This document shows positions 25,405 to 37,610 of a stretch of 64,000 bases of DNA, in pieces. Positions within the stretch are counted from its first letter, which is position 1. Every line of letters begins with the position of its first letter. The position numbers and the translations under genes were made by a program. The stretch comes from Camelus dromedarius (Eukaryota), in NCBI RefSeq assembly GCF_036321535.1, contig NC_087437.1:35218001-35282000 (forward strand), in the 5' to 3' direction. Under the pieces are notes generated by a model that was given only the letters and a program-made list of their open reading frames with translations, made no database searches and was not told where the DNA came from.

Positions 25405-26360
25405 TTTTTTATGTGGTAAAAAATCATATAACATGAAATCTCTCTTCCTCACACATCTTTAAATGTACAGCACAGTATTGTTAAGTGTAGGCACAATGTT
25501 GTAGTATCTCTCTAGAACTTTTCCATCTTACATGACCTGCATTCTGTACCCATTGGACAGCAACTCCCCATTTCTCCTGCCCTTCAGCCCTGGAAACCAT
25601 TATTCTATTTTCTGTTTCTGATTTTGTCTACTTTAGATACCTCAAAGAAGTGGAATCATACAGCATTTGTCCTTTTGTGATTGACTCATCTCATTTAGCA
25701 TGATGTCCTCAAGGACAGGATTTCTTTCTTTTTAATGGTTGAATAATATGTCATTGTATGTATGTACCACATTTTCTTTATTCATTCATTGATGCATATT
25801 TAGGTTGCTTCCACCTCTTGGCTATTGTGAATAGTGCTTTCATGAACATGCAGTGCCTGTGTCTCTTTGAGATCCTGATTTCAATTCTTTTGGATAAATA
25901 CCCAGAAGAAGAATTGCTGGATCATGTGGTAATTCTATTTTTTAATTTTCTTTTTGGAATCTGCATACTATTTTCCCTAGTGGTTTCTCCATTTTACATT
26001 CTCATCCATAGTGCACAAGGGTTCCAATTTCTCCACATCCTCTGCATCACTTGTTATTTTCTGACTTTTTTTGGATAATGGCCATTATAACGGATATGAG
26101 TTGATATTTCATCACAGTTTTGATTTGCATTTATCTGATGATTAGTGAAGTTGAGCATCTTTTTATATGTTTGTTGACCATCTCTATGTCTTCTTTGGAG
26201 AAACATTTAATCAAGTCTTTTGCTCATTTCTTAATTGGGCTATTTATTTATTTATTTTTGCTATTGAGTTTTAAGACATACATTTTGGATATTAACCCCT
26301 TATCAGATATATAGTTTGCAGATATTTTCTCCCATTCCATAAGTTGCCTTTTCACTCTGC
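25405..26360 (-). mobile_element. L1MA/MB-like 3' portion
   Basis: agtggaatcatacagcatttgtccttttgtga, ttaggttgcttccacctcttggctattgtgaatagtgct, gggttccaatttctccacatcc, aaccccttatcagatatatagtttgc. Confidence 0.88.
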
Positions 26361-27351
26361 TGGAGGGAGGAATTACAAAAGGGCACAAGGAAACTTTGGG
26401 GAGTGAATGTTTATTATCTTGAATGTTGTGACGTTTTATGGGTATATTCATATGTAAAAACCCCTCGAATTATATAATTTAAATATATGCAGTTTGCTGC
26501 ATTTTGATTATATTTCAATGAATTGTTTTAAAAACATAATAACAATAAATAAAAATAAGATAAAAAGCCCCCAATCCCAGAAAGTTACATTCTCTTACCT
26601 CAAGTTTTTGTTTGTTTGTTTGTTTGGAATTACATAAACAATTTCTGTATTATGTATAAATTTACAAAACAGTTGGTTTTTTTCACTTCAAAGATTTTGT
26701 TACATGAATATATGTTAAAAATATTCAGAGTTACCAGTACTTTTTATTCATTGTATAACATACCATAATTAGGCATATACCATGCCTAATTCTGGGTAAG
26801 TAAAATGTATTAACTCAACTTAGAAAGCAACTCAATAGAACAGTCTTTGGCTTAACATTTTTAAATGTACTTAAATATTGTCTGATTTCACAGCTGAGAA
26901 TTTTTACAGTTCTGAGTTCCAGCCTAATCAGATTCTCCCTTCATCCCTTTGTGAATGGAGGAGATTGAAAGCCCCAGGAAAGCTGGCCACGAGCAAAGAG
27001 AAGCCAGTTTGTTCTGTACAGAGGAAGCCAGGCCCTGTGGCTTTAGTACTCCAGCTCTTCCCCTAAACCCCAGCTGTGGAAGGAAAAGACCAACATAGAC
27101 ATTGCAGGATAACCAGCAACAACAGTGGACACAACACCGACTAATGGCAAACACTAAAGAGATATATCAGCTAAGGTAATAGGAAAAGAGCTAACGCTTA
27201 TCTCTCCACAGTTAAAAAATTCCTCACATACATTATTTCCTTTAATGGACACCAGTCATGGTCCCTGGAACATAGCAAATGCTCAATAAAAGCTTGCTGA
27301 ATGAACGTATTGAAATTCCTGCCAGTGTCCAGCAGATTGTAGGCACTGCAT

Positions 27352-27851
27352 TTCTGGAGATAATTCTCCATAATCTCACGTCTGCATATCTTGTGAGCAG
27401 AGGAACTGACTACCTTTGTTATGAACTACCTTCTTGAGGGTATTTGTATAGTAAAGAGCCTTGGAAGGTAATGTCTCCCTCCAGAGCAATGGGCAGATTT
27501 GCATACTGTCCAGTGTAATAAATATGTCCCTTTTTGGAGCACAAGTCAGACACGTTTACTTCCCATTGTGAAAGATTTGAGATCCTTATGTTGAGGGTTC
27601 CTCTCCTGTAATGCACTGTGCTTCTCATGCAGGTATCTTTTCACCATCTGGATGTCACATTGTGGTACCTGCGGCTTGGGGAACTGGCACACATGATGGT
27701 ACTCTGGCTGTCACTGTTGCACCGAGCAATAATCTGTCCTTTGTCTCTGACCCAGGAGTCTTAGGTCCTCTATCAACATCCATTAGACGGTGGGAGGCTA
27801 AGGGTTAGTTTGCAAGTAGGTTAAAATCTCAGGCCCTTCACAGTTTTTGAC
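27352..27851 (+). mobile_element. ERVL-class solo LTR (LTR40-like by recall)
   Basis: ggagataattctccat..tcttgtgagcagaggaactgact..agccttggaag..tgtctccctcc; ends gtctctgacccaggagtct..caagtaggttaaaatctcaggcccttcacagtttttgaca. Confidence 0.65.
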
Positions 27852-30800
27852 ACTCTACACGCTTTTTGCACTAAAGTGCCTACTCTCAGAAAAGCTCAAA
27901 AAAATCCGAAGAAGTAGCCAACTGAATTGGATAAGGAAAACAAACAAGTCAGCAGGATCTAACCAAAAATGCAACTTCCCCACTTTGCAGAACAAAGCTC
28001 CTATTAAGGGGCAAAACAGCCACCATCTTGCATTGGGAAAGAGTATGCGAAAGAGCTACTGGACGGTAAGATCAGAACAATTATAGGGACGGAGGAAAAT
28101 ACTGAAACTAGAACACAATAGGATCCTAATACGTGGAAAGTTAAGGAGGAGAAGTTGACTCAGGAAGCTTCCAAAGATGTCTTACTCCATTACACTGGCA
28201 TCAGTTCTTCTGCAATCTCTGGAAAGCATAAAAAATTATCACTAAGAGTGGTTGTTTCTGGGAAGGTGAATGGGGTGGCAGAGAGATGTGCTTTGCATAC
28301 TTTGAATTTTGTACCATCTTCAGGTAGTACTTATACAAAAAATATATATATAAAATTCAATTTGAAAAGCTTTTAAATGATGTTTTCGGTAAGAAAGTAC
28401 AAATTGTTTTTAGATTAAAAAAAAACTACTTACACGGCAGGGACTTTACCTTTTAAAAGATTTACTAGGAAACTGTTCATTGCAGGCTGGCTGGCAATTT
28501 GGTTTTATGGAGGGACAAATGTCCTTACTTTTGGAATCAACTACTCTTGTTAAGGAAATGCTTCAGAATAGGCTCTTTCATTCCAGGTCTGTAAGAAAAA
28601 AAATACCCACCCCTTGCTTTCAGATAGAAGTATGAGGTTACTTCGAATCTGAGAATGCATGCATTGTGTTCCGTTTGGTAATGTCAATTAGATGTACATA
28701 TTTTACTTTTAAAAGACGGAACAGAAATAGTTTTCCTAAAAGATATTCAATCGGGACTATTAGTGCCCTCTGTTTGGGTTTGTTAAGGATTGAATAACTT
28801 AGAATTTGAGATGGTCTCTTCAGGAGCATAGCGCTTGCTTTTTAGTTGTGCTTCTGGGAAGTCAACAGGGTGTAGTCTGGCCAAGCTTGGAGCCATCGTG
28901 AGAGAGTCTGCTTTGGGGCACAACGTGTGGCTCGTGCTCAAACTTCTCTGGCCCAGCACCTGCAGGAGAGCTACAATAGCCACGGCAGATGGGGCCCTCG
29001 TCTGGGTGGCCCCACTGCCACTGGCAGAAACTGCAGGGTGTGGAGGGCTGTCTGAGGAGGCCCAGATAGTTGGGAATTAACCCTAGATTAAGTAAACAGT
29101 GCTGGAGGTCCTTAGGAATATCTCAGGGTTAGACCCCTGGCGTAAGGATGGGGCCTCCTGCAATTGTCAAATAGGACTTGGAATTATGCTACTTATATAA
29201 AGTATATTTAAAGGACCTTGTCCTTTATATTAATTAAGGGATCTTCTTTGTTACTCTAAAATGTTGAAATGGAGCATTTTGATTATTTGAATATTTACTT
29301 AAATGTTTACATTTGTTCAAACATGCTCCATCTTTAGTAATTTAATCATCTATGATATTGATAAAGTAGGAACTCCAGCTGGGTTCTAAATGGGATTTGC
29401 CTAGAGTGAAATTGAGTGTTGGGCCCACCAGACACCTATTTGAAGGAGGCTTGAGGAATCTTATTTGGGAAAGAATGAACCAGTTTTGCTGAAAACATCC
29501 AGTGGAAAAAACTTAGGAGGACATACTCTGCATTGAGTGTAGTCGCCATTGGATTCATGTTTGAGTCCCATGTAATTCAGAAAGGCTGTGAGAAACTTAG
29601 GAGGCACAATTTCAGTGAAAGCTTCGTATAACATTGAGGCCAGTCCCAGGAGCGCTTTGGAATCCTGCTAACAAAGGCAAACAGCACAGAGCTGTTTCTG
29701 TCCCACTTTGCCATAGATCCCTGCATAGATTAAGTCTCTGAGAAAGCCAGGCAGTTCTGCTGTAAGTCTCACCAGCATGTTGGATTGTGTGCAGAGCTTC
29801 CTTCCTTAGGCCACTCACTTCCAAACTGAAGCCTCACTGAGTACTCCTTATTGGTAGTGTCTAGGTCACGTGCCTGAGTTTCCTGGGTTTTACCTTGAAG
29901 ATGCAGGTCTCTTAATCTTAAAAAATTGCCCCCTCCCCCCCCAAAAAAAAGAGAAAGAAAAAAAGAGAAGCTTATTAGTCAGAAAACCCACAAATACCCA
30001 CTACAAGATGTACCTCCAGAGTTAAGCTATGAGAGTTGGAGTCTCTTATTTTAATATGCAAATAGAAATAGTTTTGATAATATTTTAGTAATAGCTACAT
30101 ATTGTTTTAGATGTGGATAATCACCTGGACCAGGGGTCTTAAATTTAAAGTGGGATCCAGATATTTCCGGGGTTGTGTGGAAAATGTTGACTTACCATGA
30201 AGGAATGGAAAGCTAATAAGCGTAAGGACCAAGAACTCTTCTGGGGGAGGAATTAATTCTTGAGATACAAGTTGCCACTGAGAAAGGGGGATTCTAATGC
30301 AACCTGTCCATGTTACTTAGATTTATTCCCCAGGCAAGCCCTCTTTGGTCTCGTTTTTGAGTTCTGTGTGGAGAAGGAGAGAGAAACAGAAACCATTTTG
30401 CACTTAAATCTCTCTAAGACATCAAGAGAATGCACAAATATCCAAGTGGGTGTACTCAAGTGGTAGCTCCTTGGCCATACAATGCTCCATGCATCACTGG
30501 AGGAGGAGCAGAGGTGGAGTCCAGTAGAGACCTGGGGAGGGAGGGGCACAGTGGGTCAGGGAGGGCCCGTGGGGCCACCTGGCAAGACACCCATGAAGAA
30601 TCTTAGAAATACTTAGGGAAGGGTCTTAAGACATTGATGTAAAAGTAAGTAAAATAGGAGTAAATTACTTTTTAGGCAGGCTGGAAGCTGGAGAAAAATC
30701 AGGTTATATACATATTTCATTTTTGATCCGTTGATATATTGTTGGGGTTGTTTTGTGGCTAACCAGGACTGTTGCCATATGCACAGAGTCACGGCCCTGA

Positions 30801-32654
30801 TGGAATTCAAATAACTGAAAAAGGGCCTCATTTTCATTGGCACCTTACCATGTATTTAAAATACACACTTAGATATCAATGTATATTAGTGACTGATGCA
30901 TATTAGCAAAAATTAATTGGTTTTATGAAGGGAAGTACAAATCTGTCAGACTAAGAAAATGTATGATATCAGAGAAACTATTTTTAGTGTTTAAATTGAA
31001 TTGCTGGTATATTGCAATATTTCAGAAGTCCCTGGTGGAGAGATTTGCCTATCTTCTTGAACTCCACTTTATTGAAAAAAATCCCAATGTTATAAAACTT
31101 GAATATTTTCAGGAAGCAAAACACATTTTCAAATGTAAGTTGTTCAAGGAACATTAGGTCTCTTATTGCTTGAATCAATGAGAAAGAAGCTAAATGGTTT
31201 TAGAAGAAGGTTTGAAGCAACCAAAAAGATAATCTTTTTTTTTTTTTTTTCTGGTAGTCAATTTGAATGATGAACAAGTGTAGTGAAATGTCTAGCTGTT
31301 CAAATTTGACTTTATTTACACATTAAATTACAAAATAGAAGGAAGCTCTCTGCCATTTAAGTTTTCCACTATAAGGCTTATAATTTTAGCAGAGTTGAAA
31401 ACAAATGAGTATTTTTGCAATGAGATTTTCTATAAGAGGGAGGGTGAAACAAAACTTTATAGCAGTGAAAATCTTACAAAGTGTGAAATTAATTTCAAAC
31501 TATTTGAGACTTTCAGAGCTCCATGCTGCTGATGAAACTTTAGTTTTTAAATAGGTAAGTTTAAGGGGATATTATGTTGTTAAAAACCAAAGGCTCTAAA
31601 ATATGAAGATTTTCTGCTGTCAACTTACTAAGGGAAGCTTTCGCCTTTAATTCTTCTGTCTTTTGTGTTTGATCAAAGGAGTCAGGGTCAAGTGTACAGA
31701 CCTATTACGAGAGGTACACATCTGAGGAGTAAAGGTCCGTGAGAGGTGCGGTGAGCTATAGCAGAGAGGCTTTCTGGACTGAAGCCCTACAAGGCCGATT
31801 TACTTGGAAAGAAAGGAAGCTGACAAGCTCCTTCAGGTCAGGGTCGGATATATAATCTGCTTGGTGATGGAGCTATTTCATAAAAGGAGCTTTATTCTGG
31901 GCCTTCATTGTTTTCCTCCTAGTAAATTATTTTGAGTACAAATGCTACCCTGAAGAGGAACACAATACATTTTATGAAGTCATTTGGGTTTATATATACC
32001 TATCTCTAATGCATATATTGTAAAAATGCATTATATCATACGTAAGATAGGTATGTCTGTATAATATACAACTATATTTATATATTTGATGTTCTACTGC
32101 TTATAATTTGAATTTCACCTTGACACATTTTCTTCTTCAAAATTTAATACACGGAAAGACTCCTTTGAGTGACTGTCATGGCTATTAAAGAAAAGTTAGT
32201 ATGTGGAGATTGTGTGAGTATAAAAACGCTAATTCTCAGGTTAAGATGCTCAGTCACAGGGAAAGTGCAGTTTATTGTGAAATACATCAGAAGTCAAAGG
32301 CACAGCTCAGGGCTGACTGTTACTGTGGAGATCCTCGTGGACATCCGACTGCAGGGACAGTGGATGAGGGTGGCTGTCTGGGGCCCATGTTCTCTGGGAC
32401 TTTGAATGACTGGAAAGCTGGGGGTATTCAAGGAGGCACCTTCATGTTAAAATCACTTACTTCACTGACATACCCCATCCTCAAGCACAATGAAAAAGTG
32501 TTTATACACCTTTATGCCTTGATGTGCTTCATAACATGATTTCCTCAGTGAGGCTTCCTTTGATTTCTTAAACTGACTTTATGTTGCATTGAGTATAAAT
32601 ACTCTTTTCCTCTTGCTCTGGTGTTTATCCCCATTCACCCTTTTGATATTTATG

Positions 32655-33085
32655 AAATGCTTCCCCTGTGATAGATTGTATTACTTGTCAACAGTTCTTC
32701 CTCCCCCTCCACACTTGCTGTGTTCACTGTGGGTATAATATGCTTTCCAGACCTACTGATGTTGGGCTTGACCACGTGTCTTGCTTTGGCTGGTGGAATA
32801 TGGGACAAAATGGTGGTACTGATTCCAGTCTGAAGAGACATTGTATATTCCTCTTACCCTCTTGGACTCTGCCATCTGCTATGAGGTGAGCATATACTAG
32901 GTAGCTACTGGTCTCAGGATAAGGGATATGTAGTACAGAAATAAACCTGACCTGCAGCTTGAAGCAGAGCTGCCTAGCCCATTCGTGAACCTGTGAATGA
33001 GAAATAAACAAATGTTTTTTGTTGTAAGCTACTGAGATTTTAAGGGTGTTTGTTGTATAACAATATCACAGCCGAATCTAATATA
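32655..33085 (+). mobile_element. MaLR solo LTR (MLT1I-like)
   Basis: tgatgttgggcttgaccacgtgtcttgctttggc..ggaat; acctgcagcttgaagcagagctgcc; gttgtaagctactgagatttt. Confidence 0.75.
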
Positions 33086-33431
33086 CTTTCAATTTTTTTA
33101 TTTTTCAAAATTTGAGACCTACAGAAAAATGAAAGAAGAGTAGAATGAGTACCTGTATGCTCTTCACTTAGATTCAACCAATGTTAACATCCTGTCATTT
33201 TTCTCTTTCTCTCTAGAAGATTTTGGGGATCATTGAAAATAAGTTGTAAAAAATAAGTTGTAGTCGTCATAATATTCACTAACACTAAGTATTTTAGCAT
33301 TGAACTCTAAGAATAAAGACATTCTTGCATTCAACTAAATTTGAACTAGGTTATAAATGACTAAAAACATTCTGTTAATTTTATTTTAAAAGAAATGCAT
33401 AAAAATGACCCAAACAGAGTAATCTAATACT

Positions 33432-33817
33432 ATTGTCTTAGCTTGGGCTGTCATAACAAAATATCATGGACTGAGTAGCTTAAACAACAGAAATAAATTT
33501 TCTCACAATTCTGGAGGTTGAAAGTTTGAGAATCAGGTGCCAGAGTATGGTGGGTTTCTGGTGAGAGCTCTTTTCCTGGTTTGCCAACAGCTGCCTTCTT
33601 GCTGTGTCTTCATGTGGCAGAAAGAGAGCTAAGCTCACTGGTGTCTCTTATACGGTCACTAGTCCCATCATGAGGACCCTCATCCCCGTGACCTCATCTA
33701 AGCCTAATTACTCCCCAAAGGTCCTGTCTCCAAATGTCATTACATTGAGGGATATGCCTTCAATATATGAATTTTTTTTTAGGGGGAGGTGGAGGAGCAT
33801 AATTCAGCTCATAGTAA
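33432..33817 (-). mobile_element. MaLR solo LTR (MLT1A0-like)
   Basis: gtcttagcttgggctgtcataacaaaatatcat..cttaaacaacagaaat..tctcacaattctggagg; gacctcatctaagcctaattactccccaaagg. Confidence 0.85.
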
Positions 33818-34104
33818 CTACATAAAAGGTGATAGTAATGTAGAGACACAGTGCAAAAAAAACAATCACAGCCAGCCCAGAGTGAGTTGAAACTGTCCAA
33901 CAACTTCTTGGAAAACATTTTCAATTTTTTAAATGTAAGTAAATGTAATTATTCATAAATGCAGCTACATATATTTTATCAGCATTACTGAGGGCTTAGG
34001 CAATGAAGTGTTTTAAGCTATCTAAGTTTAGTGGTACATAAATCCATCCGGAGCCAGCATGCCAGAGAGTGTAAAGAGTTACAGGCTGGCATGAATTCCT
34101 AATG

Positions 34105-34114
34105 TGACTCAGCA
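34105..34114 (+). promoter_or_regulatory. Perfect AP-1/ARE (CNC-sMAF) motif TGACTCAGCA
   Basis: Exact consensus match in apparently non-repetitive sequence; function is unverified. Confidence 0.3.
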
Positions 34115-34304
34115 TAATGCGTGATGCCTGCTGAACACTTTCAAACGAATTGATGAAGATTTCCATGGCCCATATTCCTTTAACTTCATGCTCAAGGTTG
34201 TTTCTTGCACTTCAACTATAAAATCCTGCATAAATGCCTAGAAGAGAGGGAGGATAAAATTCACAGTTACTAGACTTGCGCTAGAAATGGAAAGTAGTAT
34301 AAAA

Positions 34305-34430
34305 CAGACTTACGAGCTGGGCTTTGGCACCAGAGAAACCTGGGTTTGAATGCTGGGTCTGCCTCTCCCTGGCTAGTTTTCTTGGGCAAATTTCTTAACT
34401 TCTCTGTGCTCAGTTTTCTCATCTATAAAA
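34305..34430 (+). mobile_element. MIR fragment
   Basis: cctgggtttgaatgctgggtctgcc..cttgggcaaatttcttaacttctctgtgctcagttttctcatctataaaat. Confidence 0.75.
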
Positions 34431-35297
34431 TTTACTAGTCAATTATTAATTAAATACAGTTATGAATATGTTAATATTTACAGCTTTCTCTGTAAACTTC
34501 TAACCACAATGGACATGGGTCTTTGTTTACTTCCCTTCTCTTCTTCTCCTGCTCTCTACAGAGAAAGGCTGTTCAGGAAGATTTGGTGATAACAAAGGAA
34601 AAAAAAACAAAACCAAAACCCAGACAGAGCAGCAGGCCAGTCCCAGTCCGGCAGGAGGCAGCACGTATTAGGGAGCCAGACTCATCAGAGCCACATCCAT
34701 GGAAACAGAGGTGGGTGGAGAGGATGGTCACAGAGGTGGGATGGAGGAGGGTGAAAGATGACTCTTCTGGGGGTGCACTTGGGAGTGAAGCTCTGTGTCC
34801 AAGGGCCCTCATATATATCAGTAGACAAAAATCTGGATTGAAATTCAGCTCTGGTCCTGGTATGGGAGCTATGACTCAACAGGGAGCTTGTGTGAAGCTC
34901 CTAAGGCAGGGCCTTGCTCATGGAAGCGGTTGCTAGATGGATATTTTAGGGCATTTTTAGAGACAGACAGCACCTGAGAGCCACCTAGTCTAGTCGTTCT
35001 CCAACTTCACTGTGAAAACCACCTAAAGTGTTTGCATAAAACATAGGTCCTGGCTCCTACTTCTATGGATTCTGGCTCAGAAGATCTGAGGTGGAACCAT
35101 GAAAGCTTCCTTCTTCTTTCTTCTTATGTGTTTCTTTTTAAATTTTGAGTCTTCTGATGTATTTCTTTATTTTAAATAAACACTCCTGTGCGTCTACAGA
35201 CTATAACTTGAGCCTAGACTTAGATGCTGTCATTTGGTAGTTCTATTTCCTGGAGCTATTCTAGAGAAATTCTCTTTTACGTGCACAGTGAAAAATA

Positions 35298-35387
35298 GGG
35301 GGAGGGTATAGCTCAGTGGTAGAGCACATGCTTAGCATGCATGAGGTTCTGGGTTCAGTCCCCAGTACCTCTATCAGAAAAAAAAAA
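35298..35387 (+). mobile_element. vic-1-type SINE (short form) inserted in an ancient L1ME fragment (~35230-36110)
   Basis: GGGGGAGGGTATAGCTCAGTGGTAGAGCACATGCTTAGCATGCATGAGGTTCTGGGTTCAGTCCCCAGTACCTC followed by poly(A). Confidence 0.9.
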
Positions 35388-37069
35388 GAATGTATGTGTA
35401 TACTTATTGCAACATTTTGTAGAGTTAAAAATTGGAGTAAGTCTAAGTAGCTCCCAATTGATGAATAGAGTACAAATGCATGGTGTATTCATATAATGGA
35501 ATGTTATGCAATAATTATAGAGACTAAGGGAGAGCTATGTGTTCTGATGTTGAAAAATCTAGGTTTACATTTACTTGCATTACATTTGTGAGGAAAATAC
35601 CTACTTCTGTTTCTATATAGGAGATCTAAACATAACTGTTACAGTTTTGCTAGGTAAAGGTGTTTTAAACTCCAAGCAGTATTATAGTTTTAGGTATTTA
35701 GAGAGTAAAAGATATGTAAGTAACCCAAGAAACGACCTTTGTGGAAGTCATGGAACCATTACTTCAGCTGTAAGCCATCTTCCACTGTTATTCACACACT
35801 GCCTATGGAGATGAGTCAAATCCCAAGATATATTGCTTATTGAAAGCAAGTTACAGAGCAAGATATACTCATGTGGAACTATTTATTAGACATAAAGCAA
35901 ACAATACTATATTTTATGGGGAGGTTTATGTATGGAGACATAGGATGTAAATGCTTTTTGGAAGGGATTCATATGTAATAACAGTGCTTACCTTGGGATC
36001 TGAGGAACAGCAGACAGCAGTTGGGGTGTTGTTTCCTGTAATGTTTTTGTGCATTTAAGGGCAAATGTATTTATATATTACTTGTGTAATTAAAAACTTA
36101 TGGAAAAAGCCCCAGAGTAGACCATCTTCTCCATTTTATAGACTGAAAACTGATACTTGCTTGCCAAGGATCTCAGATAGCATGGTAAACCCAAAGGTGG
36201 ACTTCAGCATGCTTGTTTGCTTGTTTCAGGGCAGTCACTTTCTTTACCAGGTCCAGGTGAACTCATCAGGCATTTTAGGTGAAGATGTGGTAGCCATAGA
36301 TACATACAGCCTCAGCATCAGGAGGCTGTGGCTGCCAAGGAAAGGCCAGCTGGCACTGGGCTGGGATTCTCTAGGTGCTGGCTTGATTAAACTTGCATTT
36401 GTCAATGTTCAGCAGTGAGCAGGACTCCAGAAACACTAAAATGAGGAAGAGACAGGTATCTCTCAGAATTAATTTATAATGAGAAATATAACCACATGGG
36501 CTGCTGTATTTGTATCAGCCTGGCAACAACATTTTCTCCAGGCCAGCAAGCTACAGGGGAAGCCAAATAATAATTGGAAATCCACTTTGTAACTTACCAT
36601 GAGCAGTCACTAGGTGGAATTATTTGAAGTCTTAGGATCAGCACATTCTCCCTGAGGGCAGAATGAGGAAGTGCTTGGTGAGTGTGGAATCAGAAGGAGA
36701 GGATTTACATTAATCAAATATTTCATGGTTTCTGGTTAAGCTAATCGGCTGTATCAGCTCTTAATGGGGATCAGGTTACCAATGGGACTGGAATGTTGCA
36801 GTCTTCATTGGCTGAGGCTCCCTGGGCCTGTCTGGATGGGTTCTAATTCTGTTTGTGCCTCACAGGCTCCTTTTTCTATTTTCTGTTGGTTTTCTTCTAT
36901 AGCTGCTGTCTCAGATATGTTAATATCTTCACTCATATCACCATTTTGCTGGGATTTAATTTGTTTTCTTTTGTAGCTCTGTTCTGATCTATTTTGCATT
37001 GCACTTATAGTCGAATGCTTGTTTTCATTCAGAGTTTCTGCACTTGGGATTCTCTTGCATTATCCTCTG

Positions 37070-37610
37070 ATTTCCTCCTTCTCCATGGTTCCTTGGTCAT
37101 TCAAATTGCAACAGCTTATATGTCAGCTTGTTAGAAAGGCCTTCCCTGAGCCCCCGATCTAAAAAGCCACTCATTCTCCATCATTTCACTTTGCTTTAGT
37201 TTGTGCATAATGCTTACTGGCTTATTAATATATGATATTTACTGTTTACATCTTTATGTTTTATTATTTTTTTATTGAAGTATGGTCAATTTACAATGTT
37301 GTATCAATTTCTGGTGTACAGCATAATATTTCAGTTATACATGTAAATACATATATTCCTTTTCATATTCCTTTTCATTAGGTTACTGCAAGATATTGAC
37401 GATAGATGCCTGTGCTATATAGTAGAAACTTGTTGTTTATCTACATCTTTGTGTTTTAATTTTTGATTGTTTCTTCCATTAGGATACAAACTCCATGAAA
37501 GTAGTGACCTTGTCAATCTTTCTCCTGTTCTATTCCCAGCATCTAGAACATGGTCTGGCATTTGATAGGTTCTCATGAAAGCTTGCTTGCTTGTTTGCTG
37601 AATGAATTCT
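37070..37610 (+). mobile_element. L2 3' portion with a nested minus-strand L1 3' end (~37255-37445)
   Basis: L2 motifs agaaaggccttccctga..; aaactccatgaaagtagtgaccttgtc..gctgaatgaat; insert reads ttttattgaagtatggtcaatttacaatgttgt. Confidence 0.75.

Noticed and set aside
28830..29160. GC-richer patch with ORFs on both strands, considered as a processed pseudogene
   Set aside because: No recognisable protein, no poly(A) tail and no TSD.
35298..35372. tRNA-like sequence with A and B boxes (also 1189-1342, 47068-47240, 56323-56451)
   Set aside because: A-rich tails, TSDs and divergence between copies show these are SINEs, not functional tRNA genes.
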